A DNA stretch of 63,977 nt, filler included, from Bigelowiella natans CCMP2755 (GCA_000320545.1; 8 parts of 8 records of this genome joined end to end with filler, not necessarily neighbours in it); one strand, 5' to 3'; positions 10,071 through 24,420 are shown, numbered from the whole stretch's first letter. Numbers and translations are program-made. Notes: generated by a model from the sequence alone, not told the origin.

Positions 10071-11456
10071 TCAATTGTTAATAGTGTGGTATGAGGTCAG
10101 AAGTCCGAAATGATCGCTTGGTAGTATTGGCCATTTGTTTTCCTCTGAAACTCCCAATTCTTCCTTTCCAATCATTTCTATTGATGTCACAGTCCACGTA
10201 TCAGTTGAAGTGTGGAAAAGCACGCGATCTAGCCTCATCTGCTCCTCCCCCTTCCCCTGTTTATCGAACCCCTTTTGTGCCATAAACATCCTGTTTGCCT
10301 TGGTGTCCATCGTAAAGCCAGAATCATTATCTCCATAGATTGCTGGCCACAAGTCCACAAAACTAGGCAGGAGAACGCCGAGATTATCATTTTCTCTCGG
10401 ATCATCCTCGTGCGTAAGCGGGTGATTCTTATCTCCGAAGTTAAAATCTCCTGCGAGAGCAATATGATCAGCAGGAGATTTGGAAAGATATCGCGCGATT
10501 TGGCCAATTTGTTTTCTCCGGCGGCGAAGCCGATCGACGCTTTCAAGATGGGTCGTTGCAAAGATAAACGACTCCCCGTTCAACACTACTCGCAATATTA
10601 GACAGAATCGGCTCATCTCGGTGACAAGATTTATCCGCTCGACAGTTCCTTTGATCTTGGAAAGGATAACGACGCTCCTTCCCCGAAAATCTGTGACAAA
10701 GTAGTGCTTTCGAATGAAGGTGTTTCTCAGCAGGATTTGCTCAAGAATCTTGCAGCCGCCATCACGGCCAACCTCCTGGAGAGCGACAACAGTGGGTTTT
10801 TTCGCTTCAATTATTTGAAGAATGGCTCTTCCACGTCTTTCCCACTCGAAATCATCGAACCAAATGTTCCATGAGAGAAAGGAAATCGATTTTCGGTTGT
10901 GACAGGACGAGCTATCCGCTTCTTCTTCTTTGTGCTTCGAGAGGTCCGATGACGAATTCTCCACCTTCGGTTTCGATACTGTTTGAATTCCCATTTTGGG
11001 CATACACGCAGCACTATCAGCGTCGTCGAAAGATATTGGTCGAGGCTGCTCATGTTTGCAATCTGGAGCATAGTGTCCTCCTCCTCGTCTTATATGGCCA
11101 GTCTTAATATTGCTGCAACTCGCTTGTCCAGATGATGTTCCTGAAATCACCACCCATTTCTCCGCAGCTTCATCCCACACGTAGAGACCCTTCACAGGTT
11201 GAGGATTGTGCCTTCTTCTCAAAGGAGGTGGATATTCCTTTGCATAAGTCACAAATGGGGGATTGCATTCATCATCGGTAGGGTAATAGACACTACATCG
11301 AGGCCTATGGTTGCGCGACCCTGCTCTCCGTTTCGCATTGACGCCAATTTTTCGCTCCAGGTCCCTCTTACCGTAGCATTTATCATCGCTATCTGTTTTA
11401 AGTCCCTTCCTAGCCATCCGCATCTCAGACTCATTACTTGCGGCCAAAGTCTCCAT
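10071..11456 (-). CDS. TDP2: Tyrosyl-DNA phosphodiesterase 2-like EEP-family nuclease, intronless
   Basis: Motifs SWNIWFD..RGRAIL, ALQEV, EMSR, THLES, AGDFN, TMDTKAN, RLDRV and PSDHFGL in a 461-aa ORF. Confidence 0.8.
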   Translation of the reverse strand: METLAASNESEMRMARKGLKTDSDDKCYGKRDLERKIGVNAKRRAGSRNHRPRCSVYYPTDDECNPPFVTYAKEYPPPLRRRHNPQPVKGLYVWDEAAEKWVVISGTSSGQASCSNIKTGHIRRGGGHYAPDCKHEQPRPISFDDADSAACMPKMGIQTVSKPKVENSSSDLSKHKEEEADSSSCHNRKSISFLSWNIWFDDFEWERRGRAILQIIEAKKPTVVALQEVGRDGGCKILEQILLRNTFIRKHYFVTDFRGRSVVILSKIKGTVERINLVTEMSRFCLILRVVLNGESFIFATTHLESVDRLRRRRKQIGQIARYLSKSPADHIALAGDFNFGDKNHPLTHEDDPRENDNLGVLLPSFVDLWPAIYGDNDSGFTMDTKANRMFMAQKGFDKQGKGEEQMRLDRVLFHTSTDTWTVTSIEMIGKEELGVSEENKWPILPSDHFGLLTSYHTINN

Positions 11457-12244
11457 TCATCTACCCATAGATCTCTGTCGACGAGCTTGGGCGTCAGCTG
11501 GAAGTTTCCGTTGCGAGTTCGATATGCAAAACGTCCTGGATTTTCAAATATTCAGAAGCCATTTGCGTTGTCGCCACTGATAACTCTAAAACCAGTGTAA
11601 TTTCTTGATTGCGACATATAAAAAATCAAAATAGACAATATTATTCCCAGGAAAGAACGAAAGGCAGAATAAATGATATAGTTAGATTAAGAGACAAGTG
11701 TAAATACATGTCGCACCTGATAAACCAACGGTGTTATTCACTTCATACTCCAAAACAGAGAAGTACGCGGGTAAAGAGGGTGGAGGGGGGAAAGCACTAA
11801 ATGGCGGTTCGTTGGGAGGAAGTATTAATCTGTCTTGCCAGTATCGCCATGATATATTTTAAAAAATAAAGTGATATCCATCCATCTCCTGATGAAATTG
11901 AGCTTCGATCTCTTCAATTGATGGATGGTGCAATTTCTCCGTCGTTGTCAATTGCATGGAACGGCAATGCTCTTTGAGGTGTGGGGGGAATCTTTGTTTC
12001 GGAGGGTCGATATAGTGCAGCAACAGCACCATATAAACTGGATATGTTTCCTGCAAGGCATTCAGGGCGGTGAAGGAGGGGGGGGGGGGGCAGAGGGGAT
12101 GCAAATTTTGGGCTTACAACGGGACCGTTGGAAGAAGTTCCACATTACATTATTTTCCTTAATTTTCCAATTTCTGAAGAATGGCCTTCTCAAAATCTAT
12201 CAACCCCATTTCTAACAACAACAACGATATCCGTTTACTCCATC

Positions 12245-13213
12245 ATGAAGGGAATTATGTCGCAACGCCAAGGCCAAAGGGGCGGGGTGCCAGGCCTCGG
12301 ACCCAAACGCGTGGAAGGCGGTAGTGAGGGAGGGGGGGGTCGGATGGTAAGTGCATCATCATCCGTACTTGCCTCGCAACCTTCAAATCCTAAGAGAGAA
12401 ACCAAGGACGGGAAACAGGATATGGAGCTTGTGGCGAGTAATAATGGCGGCGACAAGAATGACCCATCTTCCTCCTCCTCCACGAGCAACAATCGAGGAG
12501 GAAAAGACGGCAATGCAACCTCCACATCAGACCGCCAAGAGAGGCCGGAGAAGGAGGAGATCTACACGTATTATTCTTGCAATTATCATTATGATCATTA
12601 TGATCATTATTATTTTCATCATTACTAATCTTATCATTATTATTGGAAAATTCTCTGATCTCCCAACACGTTTGCTTCTACCCTAATCTTCCTCCTCCCC
12701 CGTCCCCCCTCCAGCTATGAGGCGCCCTGGCTCGTGTACGGAATGAACTGGAGTGTGAGGGAGGATAAGAAGTTTCGTTTGGCGATTGGAAGCTTTGTAG
12801 AGGAATACAACAACAAGGTCTCTAAACAACCAAAGGGCGAACTGCCAAATATAGCCTTTGCGAGCGCTCTCTATAGCAGTATGATTGCAAGCCAGGAAAG
12901 CGGTTGAAGATCATAATGTCTGATATGGATATATAAATCCTTTCATCATCAATGGAATGCAAATCTCGCCAGGTTCAAATCGTAGAGCTAGACGAGGATT
13001 CGGGCAAATTTGAGGTGAGAATACTGCCAAACAAACAACAAGATGTGCTCCCCCCCCCTCCCCCCCCTCCCGATCACATCAATTGAGACACGCGAATTAA
13101 ATCAGGAAAAACAAAACAAATACGTGATATGTACACTCTTCCGGAGTTTATAGAAGAGATAAATCAAGAGAGTTTGTTGTGGAGTTGTGGCGTTTGCCGA
13201 TATGTAAGACGCC

Positions 13214-13258
<45 letters not shown>

Positions 13259-13428
13259 TTCTCTCTCTGCTTTTTTCCTTAGTGTACTGGATCATTTGAC
13301 CACCCGTACCCAACGACAAAGATCCAATGGATGCCGGATAGGCCTGGCTCTCGGTATGCCATAGTAGTAGTAGTAGTAAGTAGTAGTAGGTAGTAGTAGT
13401 AAGTAGTAGTAGGTAGTAGTAGTAGGTA

Positions 13429-13460
<32 letters not shown>

Positions 13461-13554
13461 TGTACGCTACGACTACCTGCCTGCTGCTGCTGCTGCTGTG
13501 AATAACATCGCTCGGAAAATTAAAAACCTCCCCCCGGATGTATAGCTTGATATA

Positions 13555-13591
<37 letters not shown>

Positions 13592-13994
13592 CTGATCTTC
13601 TGGCTACTACCGGTGATTATCTGAGGCTTTGGAAGGTGATTATACTCACACCAGCTGCAAGCGTCGTCTCGGGCCATGTGCCACACACAGATTATTCTTT
13701 CCTTTCTCTCTCTCCCTCCCTCTCTCTCTCTGAAACCATTTGCCCACTAGTCCTCTCTGCGCCAGTCACTCACTCACTCACTCACTCTCTCTCCTAATAG
13801 GTGGAGAAAGACCGCGTCTCCATGGAGTGCCTCCTAAACAACAACAAGAACTCTGAGTTCTGTGCGCCGCTTACGAGCTTCGACTGGAATGCGACCGACC
13901 CCTCCCTCGTCGGCACCAGCAGCATTGACACGACGTAAGTATTCGAAGCCTAATACCACCGAAGAAGAACTGCTCCAGCACTCACTGTGAATGA

Positions 13995-14040
<46 letters not shown>

Positions 14041-14076
14041 ACAATGGTTGAGTAAATATGTAGAGTAAAGTGTGGT

Positions 14077-14108
<32 letters not shown>

Positions 14109-14662
14109 TGATAATATATATATATATATATATTGATAATATATATTATAACTTGTTGTTCGTCCTCTTCCTCCCGCCAGATGCACGATATGGAACGTGG
14201 AGACGAGCCAAGCCAAAACACAGCTGATCGCCCATGACAAAGAGGTCCTTAACCACCCTGTTTCGGAGTAGCGGGGAACAAGAGAGACGTCGTGGCGCTT
14301 GCTTTTCGCGCCGCGGATTTTTTAAATCCTGCAATACATCGGATATGATTTCGGGTGTCATGTGACAATCATTTCAGGTCTACGACATAGCCTTTGCTCC
14401 GTCTGCAAACGTGTTCGCCTCGGTAGGAGCTGATGGCTCGGTGCGAATGTTTGACCTCAGGTAAATATACACAACAACAACATCAATAATGGCGCACGAC
14501 TTGTACTCCTCGCGACATGTAGTTGTCATATCTCAGGAGAGAGAGAGAAGGGCAGGGGGGGGGGGGGGGGGGAAGAAGAGAGAGTTTGCACATCTGCGCT
14601 GCGAGGCAAGGTGCTTTCCTCGTCCTTACGCTGGTAGACGATGCAAAAATCAGCAATTAATA

Positions 14663-14734
<72 letters not shown>

Positions 14735-14919
14735 CAACACACCGTGATATGCATTGACGATCTCATCATCAGGTCTCTCGAGCACTCGACCATCATCTAC
14801 GAGTCGCAAAACCTCGTGCCGCTGCTACGCTTATCGTGGAATAAGCAAGATCCCAACTATCTCGCCACCTTCCTCATGGATCACAATCACGTGGTTATCT
14901 TGGACATAAGGTAGTAGTG

Positions 14920-14953
<34 letters not shown>

Positions 14954-15420
14954 AGAAACACTTGAGGAATATGTAACGGCGCAACTTAGAGATATCGTCG
15001 ATTTTTCCATTGTGGTTTTTTCTTCTCCCCCCCCTGCCGCAACCCCCCCCCTCTCTCTGTTTGTGTATCTTTTTCTCTAATTATCGATATATCATCAATC
15101 AGGTGACGATCGGCAGGCACTGATATGGGACCTTTCTCCCCTCCCCAAGCCCATCATTGACCCCATTCTTGCCTATAATGCCCAGGCAGAAATCAACACT
15201 CTAGAGGTACTTTGTGTTAGCTGTGTGTGTTTGTGTGTACTGTGTGTGCTGTGTGTGCTTGGCAGCAACTTTCGCATATAGAATGAGATTTTCCGTGTTT
15301 TTTTTTATTTCCTTGATATTGACGGCGTTCTTGCTTGCCCTCTTTTTTCAGTGGTCTGCTCTCCAACCAGAATGGGTAGCGATAACGCTGCAGAGGAGGC
15401 TTCAAATATTGCGGCTCTAA
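12245..15420 (+). CDS. DCAF7: WD40 protein DCAF7/WDR68 (HAN11/AN11/TTG1 family), multi-exon, one expected exon not found
   Basis: Exons encode [146 protein letters not shown] and LQILRL*. Confidence 0.93.
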
Positions 15421-15559
15421 TTCGAGATATGGGCAGCATTCCCAGTGAAGCAACAGCTTGTAGCTGCAAGCTTGTACATACGATGATGATGATGATAGTA
15501 ATGATGGTGGCGGAATATATGTCAATTTTGTCTAACATGGCTGCGGCGAGTCAATCGAT

Positions 15560-16370
15560 CGATGACACATGACGATGGTGGCGCGGCTGTAGATCGCTGC
15601 AATGCTGGCATGCATGGCTAATCAGCACAGCAGTATTATGTATGTGCAAGTGCATACATGTTTGATTCGTGCTCTCTAGCTCTGCTGCGAAGGGTTATGG
15701 TAGCGTTAGAACACTACTCTAGCTACTAGCGATGGCATGTCGTAGAAGCATTCCATCTAGCCTTCCAGATACTCATTCCCTAGCAAGTGCCAGTTTATAG
15801 CCAGCTCTAGTAGACTAGTTAAGCTCTAGAGCTAGCTAGCTAGCTAGCGAAAGTTAATTTAGCTAATCGAAGCGGGATCGAGCAATGCTGGAATGCTAGA
15901 TCTAATGACACGCTAAAATGCTCACTGCGGCAGTCTAGCAGTTAGATGTGTCGTCGATCCTGTGCGTCATCACATCGCCAATTTTGTTACAACGACAATT
16001 TGCATCGCAAAGCTGCATGCATTGGTGGCACTAGAGTAGCTCCAGCGCATGGCAGGCTTGGTAACAGCGACCACCATGCTGTTAAGCTAGTAAGCCCTTA
16101 AAGCTGTGACAATAAAGGCTCTGACTGCATGCAAATAGCACGTAGCTTTTAGACGCGATGATCATTGCGCACACACGCTAGTACGATCTAGCGATGTGCG
16201 TTTTGTGTCACCCGCACACGCGCTAGCGCGTCATTTGACGATGCTCATTGTGCAGCACGTACTTTTGATGCAAGTTCGTTGTAAATAGCCATATAACCCT
16301 AATGCCCGTCACTGCAGCTAGAATAGCGGTACAATTGACGTACATGCACGGCGCGCGTGCATGCATGATG
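15560..16370. other. CTAG/AGCT/TGCA-rich convergent intergenic tract T4
   Basis: Lies between the DCAF7 stop and the LMBRD1-like stop. Example: GCTCTAGAGCTAGCTAGCTAGCTAGC near 15823-15848. Confidence 0.6.
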
Positions 16371-16372
16371 CC

Positions 16373-16657
16373 CTAGTATCGACGACCACGTGCAGTTTTT
16401 GCAAGCGCTTTAGTATGTGTAAGCTGCTTCTTCATCAAGGTCGATGCGTCTACTATGCTCATCTTCCTCGTCATCACTTGAATGCCGTTGTCGATGCTGC
16501 CTCTCTTCGGAGTAGGCCTCGAGCTCCTCTCCAAGGACTTCCATTCCACCTGGTTCAAAGCATATTTTGGGGTTTTCGGGCATTATTCGTGCATCTACTC
16601 TTACACACTATATTCATCTATGGACACACACACACATGCACATATATACACACAAAT

Positions 16658-16692
<35 letters not shown>

Positions 16693-17760
16693 GTGTATTT
16701 ATATTGTATACATTAAACACATCAATTTGAATGTTCCATGCACGCTGCAAGCAAACCAACCGTCATCAAGCTCATCGTCCTCATCTTCCGATAAGTCATC
16801 ATTCTACGAGAAGGAGACCATTTCAATCACAAACACACACGCTGCCTCATACACACCGCACACGCAAAAAATAAGAAGGCGCAATAGGCGCTTCAGACGT
16901 ACACATCTGCCTCTATCACAGCATTGTACTGCCTGCCCCCATTCAGGCTATCTACAGCGCATATGAGCACCATTGTATCTTGGATTCGATGCGAACATAT
17001 GGAAGTAACATCTCACTAAAGGGGATTGCGTAGATCGATTACCTGGAACGTTCCATCCCTCCGACGGCAAAATGCGTGGAGGAGGGAAATCAAGGATATT
17101 GCGACAAACGCAACCTATATATATATATATATATATATATATACGTAAAATTCACACACGCACACGCACGCACACACACACACATACACACACACGCACA
17201 CACATATGAATATACATTATTATCGTAGAACAAGTGTGTGCGTGCGCGTGATTAGAAGTGTGCAGCATATGTAATCTGCAGCTTCTACCTGGCCATAGAA
17301 GAAGGCGAGGCTAAAGAGCCGATTATTCAAAGCCTGAGCAAGTACATGTACACACTCACCATGTAAACGCATAACTCATCATATCGAACCGACAGCATAT
17401 GTCTCTCTATTTGCTGTAGGAAGAAGATATCGTGAGCAATTCCTTTCGTCCAATGGCGTGTAGCACTGCTCTACCCCATCGTGCTCACTACACATAGATC
17501 TCTCCGACGCATCACGTAAAAGCCCACGGAAAGATTCGAAGGAAAATCCGCCATTGGTGTGACACGTGGCCTCGCATTGGGTTGCATTGCGTGTATATAG
17601 TGTACCTGCGTGCCGACGAATCTAGCGAAATTCGTTAAACGACAGGATGCTTCTAACAGATGATGATGACGATGATGGTGATGATAATGATGATGATGAC
17701 GATGATGATGATGATGGCAGGTCAGAGAGACGATAGCGGTGATGAAGACAGCATATATAT

Positions 17761-17801
<41 letters not shown>

Positions 17802-19608
17802 GGCCGTGTTGCTTGCAAATTTGCTTTTTACATATAAAAAGAAAAGGAAATAGAAGTTCTCCATGAGTGCGTGTAGTCGAGATGTCGTGCAACCTTCTCC
17901 TACAATGGCCTCCATTTCACACGGCCTTCTCTCCCCCCCTGCCAAGGAATCGAACAAGAAAGTCAGAACGACAAACATTGGCAATATGCATACATATCTA
18001 CCTTAAATACATATCTAAATTTTATATTGTTAGAAAACAATGTATATGCGCAATTTACACATAGATTGTGCCTCGTCGGAGCACATCATGATGAAGATCA
18101 TGCGTACACGAATCGGGGATAATATGACCTTCCGTTGGCATGTACACCTGCGCCCCGAAGCTCACGTATCTGAGCAGGAGGAAAGATAAATGTCAGCTTA
18201 ACTGAAGGATAACCACGAAAACATTCTCTACCGAGCACCGCATATAACAAACACAAACACAAACACAAACACACATACACACACACTCATACTCACACAC
18301 CGACTCACTGACACACAGCATAGCACACGCGCGCACATACATATACACATAAATATAAATAGCTCTCAAACGTGGATGCTATTTATTACTGGGGAGCGAT
18401 TGAGAGAAGTGTCACTGATACGGCTAGAGCAGTGATTCCAAGCATCACCGAGCTGAGCAGTAGCCCTGAAAAGGAATGGTGAATTTAGAAATGCATCGTC
18501 GTCACTTGCTTCGACTTTGAAGTGTATTATATGCTGCCTTCGCTTCTCCTCCTCTCTCATTATCCCCCCTCCCCCCTCTTCTATCATCATCATCGTAATC
18601 ACCACCATAATCATTCTGCCACGAGCACAACCTGCCGTCAAATCGACGTTGCCCACCCCCCCCCTTCTCCCCTCTCCCTTTCCCGGGAAGTCGCACCTTG
18701 CGACGAAGTCCTTCGTCTTCTGATCTTGAAGATCTGGATGCCAAGCACTCGAATGCCTGGAAATTGATAAGGAGTATGAGAATAATCAGTATTCTTCACA
18801 ATTCTGATCCTGGCATAGGAGGCGTCGGCTGCCATAGAATCTATGGAAATGCATTCTCTGCACTCGCCACAAATCTTGATGATGAATGCAAAGCTCCTCC
18901 CCTCCCTCCTCCCCTCCCACCCCCTCCTCCTCTTCTTCTTCTTCTTCCTCCTCCTCCACCTCCTCCTTCCCCATTGGCGGTGGATATCATGCATATGGCC
19001 ATGCTTCGAAAGTAGTGTCCTTCTAGCAATGCTGGCGTGCTGCGACCTACCAATCCTTGCGAGTCCGTGAGCACTTGCAAGAAAGATATAGAGCCCTGAT
19101 GCATTGTATATAGGTGTATGCAAGCTCAAGGATGAGAGAACATACACACACACACACACACACGCGCGCGCACATTCTTAGCATGCATGTTGTTTTGTAC
19201 TTATATGTATGTATGTGCGTGCGGGATTCGCTGAGTGCAATATGAACAGCAGTATCATGTGCTGCTGGCAAAGGAGACAATACCAATCGCCAAGAAAACG
19301 AGGTAATCCAATGGGAAAAAGTGAGAGGCCTTGACCTGAGGTACGTGCGGGTTGTTAGAGGAAGCACCGGCATGTTACCGCACACTGGAACTAACACACA
19401 CGCGAACACTATTTGCTAAGGGCGCACAAGTACAAGCGCCCACAGGCCCCAGTTCTCCCTCTTCCTCCGCTCTACCATGATCATATCGATGAGGTTGGGC
19501 ATCGTCTCCTTGTTGTTCTCGAGCAGGTATCCTGAGAGGGAGGAGGTGATTGCACCGCCGCACGGCACGAGTGGCCTCAACGACAAACATCGCTTCGATT
19601 CATTCACA

Positions 19609-19685
<77 letters not shown>

Positions 19686-21056
19686 AGAGAGTGGGTGCGC
19701 GGGGGGGAGGGGGGAATACTCTCATCACACGCAAAGAGCTCCACCACGCAACTATTACTACTACTGTTACTACTACTACTACTACCGCACTCAAAGCCGC
19801 ACGCTGAATGGAAGAATCGGTCTATACACACCACCCCCACCGTGCTGACAACCTAGCAGTACAATACCAAGCGACAGTACACATAAGAGAGAAGGGGAGG
19901 GGTTGGAGGGGGGAGGGCAAATGCTCTCCATTTATGATATCGAATACAACGCCTTTCCGTTGACTCCATTATTACTACCACTACTACTACTACTACTACT
20001 ACTTCTACTACTACAACAAATACTACTACAACGACGATGACTACTACTACTACTACTACTACTAGCAGCAGCTCTCGCTCACCAGCATAGAGGTAACCAT
20101 CAGGCCAAGGCCAATTCCAACGCGAAACGGCGCGATGATGCTGTAAAGCGTCACGTAAAACGATGCCGCAGCCTGCACACACAAATAAAGGCGTGATCGC
20201 ATGACGACGCATACTGCAACAAGTGGCCTTTTCGCGCGCGAAATTGCCAGTATTTTGAGCAGTCGCATCCGATGGTCAAATCGCTCCTTTGAACACGTGT
20301 CCTACTACCTGCCGATCTAATCGTTTCATGCGACGTTCTGCTGTTCGTAGCTTTAGTTCTAATCGCTGCAACTGAGGAGGGGGGGGAGAACGAGAAAGGG
20401 GATTAAGGAGAGGAGAGGGTGATATCGACATGGAAAATGAGCGTATACCTCTCCCCCGCCCCTCCCCCCCCCTCCTTCCCCTTTCACACACACAAACACA
20501 TGCACACACACACACACACACACACACAAGCACATGCACATGTGCGCACATATTATGCATAAATATGTTTATAATAGATTTTTTAGGTTGCGTGTGAGTG
20601 TGGGTGTGAGTGTGTGTGGTTAGTATTCAATGTGCACGTAGTTAATGTTTTTTTGTTTGTCTTAACGCTATTATGATAATAACAAATTCACTCTTTTATC
20701 TCTTCTTACACTGTCCCTAGCTTTCTGGCTTGTCCCCGCCCTGACAACAAGTCGGTTGCATCATGGTGAGCTTGCAGCATTGCGAAGTGCGAGTGAGCGC
20801 GAGGACCAAAAAGAAGTAGCAGCACGGGGCAAAAACTATGGAAAAACTATAATACTCATCACGTAGTCGCTTTAATCCCAAGAGAGCTCTAAATATCAAT
20901 AAAAATACATCCCCCCCCCCCCACCGCCAACAACCATATGCACGCAAAAAGATCGCGCTTGAGAGCACAGCAAAGTGTCGATTAACTCTCTACCAAACCA
21001 ATATCATTGGCGGGGGCTGATACATCAGCGCCCAGCCGGAACGCTAGGGAATAAAG

Positions 21057-21088
<32 letters not shown>

Positions 21089-21674
21089 CTCGCACCGTCT
21101 TTCTAGTGCCTGGCGCTCCTTTTTCAGCTTCAACTTCGAGAATTCGAGCTCTAGCTTTTCCTGTGGAGAAAGCAAAGAGAGCGAGAGAGAGAGAGAGAGG
21201 GAGAGAGAGAGGGGGAGGGCGCATTACCAGCACTCATCAATGCACGCGCTTCCTCCTCTTCTATAAGAAACGGAGGGTTGTGGGGGAAGCGGGTTCTATT
21301 TTTTCGGAAGGCAGTCAGCAGAGTAGACCCAGCATTGGGCTATGTTCGCGCGGTTTGGTAGCAAGCAACAATGGCGTGATTGCTACCCAGCAGCGGTAAG
21401 AAGCAATTTCGAAGGAGGATCCGACGTGTTGTTTTGCTGGACCTCGTGCTACTAGGAGGAGGAGAGAACTACCTCATCAGCCCCGAGCTGTCCTCGAATC
21501 AGCACCATTGGCAGAGACGCTAGGCCGAATCCGCCGTAGAAGACGAGGTTTATGAAGCCAAACGCCGTGCAGGCAGCCATGATGTAGAGCAGGGCGCGGT
21601 AACTTCAAGGGTAATCAGTTTTTGGCACTTTGCGTTAGTATCGACTTCATGTTTGTTTGTATTAAAATTATATA

Positions 21675-21716
<42 letters not shown>

Positions 21717-22130
21717 TTCACGCGCGAGCGTGGGTATGGGTATGTGTGTGTGTGTATGTGTGTGTGTGTGTTTGTGTTTGATGGCATCATGATTATTACA
21801 TTCGAACGTTTCTTTCGTGTTCATCCGATAGCCTATGTATTATAGCACCCATGCGTCAGAAAGGGCGCATCATCAGAACTAGCAAAACGATAAGACGAGA
21901 GAGAATGCTATATGGTACGATGGGAAAACCGCAAGCCCGAATCAAAATGATGAGGCTTTTGAGCGAATATCACTTCGCAATGAGACGTCGTTTTGGTGCT
22001 ATGCTTTCCATTCAAACTTGCTACTTTGTTTTGACTGTTCTCGGTGGAAGATGAGGTGCTCATGCGCTCGTCACCGGTATGGTTTTGCAAAGTGATATGG
22101 TAGGTAGCTGTACTGCCGATTGCGTCCGCA

Positions 22131-22165
<35 letters not shown>

Positions 22166-22712
22166 AAAATTGGGTCTTATACTTACGCATTCATCCATAT
22201 CGTAGCAGCTTCCTGTGTACTGACGTGGGAACTTTCTCTCTCGCCGATAACCTTTATTATTCATATGCTGAAATCCGTTGTCGTATTTGGGGAAAAACAC
22301 AGCACAACAACACAACAACACAAAGTGTGGCCAGATCTTACCAGAATGGCGCCCAATATGATCGAGAGGACGACTAGAATCTGACATCAACAACGTTATC
22401 GTCAGTCACAATAATAATAGCGCAAAGAAGCACTTAAAAATTAGAATAACATCTGATAAATATATGCAAGCTGTAATGTAAGTAGCGTCTCATGTGTGAA
22501 GCTACTTCTCTCTTCCTCTATTCCCCATAGCCTCTCTATTCTCGCCCCCTCCCCCAACCCCCCCCCCCACTTATTTCGCTCTCAGTACCACGAATGTCGA
22601 CTTGCAGGCAGTGGAAGATTTAGCTGTACAGTCCTCCTCACTGGCACAAGAATGGAGAGATTTGGAAAAAACCATCATGCTATGTATTGCTAGGAAAAAG
22701 GCGTCTTCCTTT

Positions 22713-22753
<41 letters not shown>

Positions 22754-22877
22754 CATTGTGCATGTGCATGTTGCATATCTGCATGAAGTAAGGATACCCT
22801 GCATCGGTCTCCTCCACGTAGAAATATGCGAATGGAACGAGAATGCCTGAAAGCGAGCGCACAATGATGTTATCAAC

Positions 22878-22928
<51 letters not shown>

Positions 22929-22952
22929 ATACAGATACACCGCAGATATTTA

Positions 22953-22996
<44 letters not shown>

Positions 22997-23782
22997 ATAT
23001 GTATACATGTTATGTGTGTGAAATGGATGAGTATTCGAAAAGCCTGTGCCAAAAGTGAGAAAATATACCATACATTATTAGACGCGGAGAGTGACAAGGA
23101 GAACAGCTGTGTGTATGCGTGTGCGTGTGTGCGTGTGCATGTGTGTGTGTGTATGTGTTATGGCGCGAGTATACAGACATATGCAGGCCGCAAGGGTCAG
23201 ATAAGTGAGGCCGTAGAGCGCCTCCATCTGAACCTTTTGTTATCACCAAAATCATTGATTCGATAGTTTTTACATATGGTCAGTGGAGGGAACTTTATTT
23301 CTTCCATTCGACTCCGAAGGCACATAATAATACACCAACGGTCACGATGTTATCGTCAGTGTATCTTGCGTGATCGTTGTTGTCGTGCCTACCACTTGAA
23401 CGTCGTTAGCTGTGGTGAATATGTCCACCGGAATGAGCAGGATCGAAGTCATTGCGCAGAGGATTGTCACGTTTATTACCTGCAAACCGAATAAATGATG
23501 ACGGCCGTCTAAAAAACCTGTAGGCAGCCTACCATTGTGGCCAGGAAGTGCCTCGAACTCGGATCGATGTAGTACGCAACCGTCCTCCAAATGACCAGCA
23601 GCGCGGTCTGCCACGGCATATCGAGGGGAAAGTGGAAAGATAAAGAAGTATCGCTTTCGCTCACGATGACATCATGCAAAGCTACTGCGGAGGCTCTTAG
23701 TGCTCAGTATTAATGCCGCTACCGTGAAAAACACGCCCAGGATCATCCAATGGTACGGTATCACGCTTGCAAGGATGAACAT
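16373..23782 (-). CDS. LMBRD1: LMBR1-family membrane protein, LMBRD1 (lysosomal cobalamin transport escort)-like, many exons
   Basis: Exons encode ILLIPVDIF, LVPFAYFYVEE, FYGGFGLASLPMVLIRG, IAPFRVGIG, IDRFFHSACGFECG, FPLDY, GIRVLGIQIFKIRRRRTSSQG and IAPQ|YVSFGAQ, in LMBRD1 order. Termini are approximate. Confidence 0.8.
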
Positions 23783-24420
23783 CGCCCCTCAGTTATGTAT
23801 TCTCGGCAGGAGAGAGGGGGGGGCGCGGGTCAATCGCGGGGTTTGTCGCACGACGTCCAGATTACGAACGCGCCCAGATCATCTCAGCAGGCGAGAGGAG
23901 CGATTATTTTTGATAAATATCGACGTATTTTATCCTACGACATGGAAAAATAACTGAATTTCATAAAAACCAACGGCATTCTTTCCTAAGCGCTGCTCTG
24001 GCGGATGATCGCAACCTGATTTGGAAGTAAGACGCCAGCTGAAAGCTCGATTCCGTATGGAAACCCTTGCTTTTTCTAGCCTGCGACATGGATGAATGCA
24101 TCGTGTGTTCGAATCGGTCAGACAGGAGAAAAATATAGGGCATTTATATCAATATTTGAGATGAAAATGCTGTCGCTCCACTTTCTCATCCGCTTTTTTT
24201 CTTCTTCTCTTTGTCGCAGCCGCCCCTCTTCTCTTTCTTTCCGTAGTCGATCTTCTTCTTCTCCTGTTTGGCCGTGCTGGGGGGTCTTTCTTACGAATGA
24301 TAATTTCCCAAACAATCCTGAAACAAAGCGCTCGCTCGGTGTTGTCGCGAGGCGGAAAGCCCGTGAAAATTCAGGCGCTGCCCCCCACCTAGAGTCAAGG
24401 GATCAGAGGCATCGTTCGTC

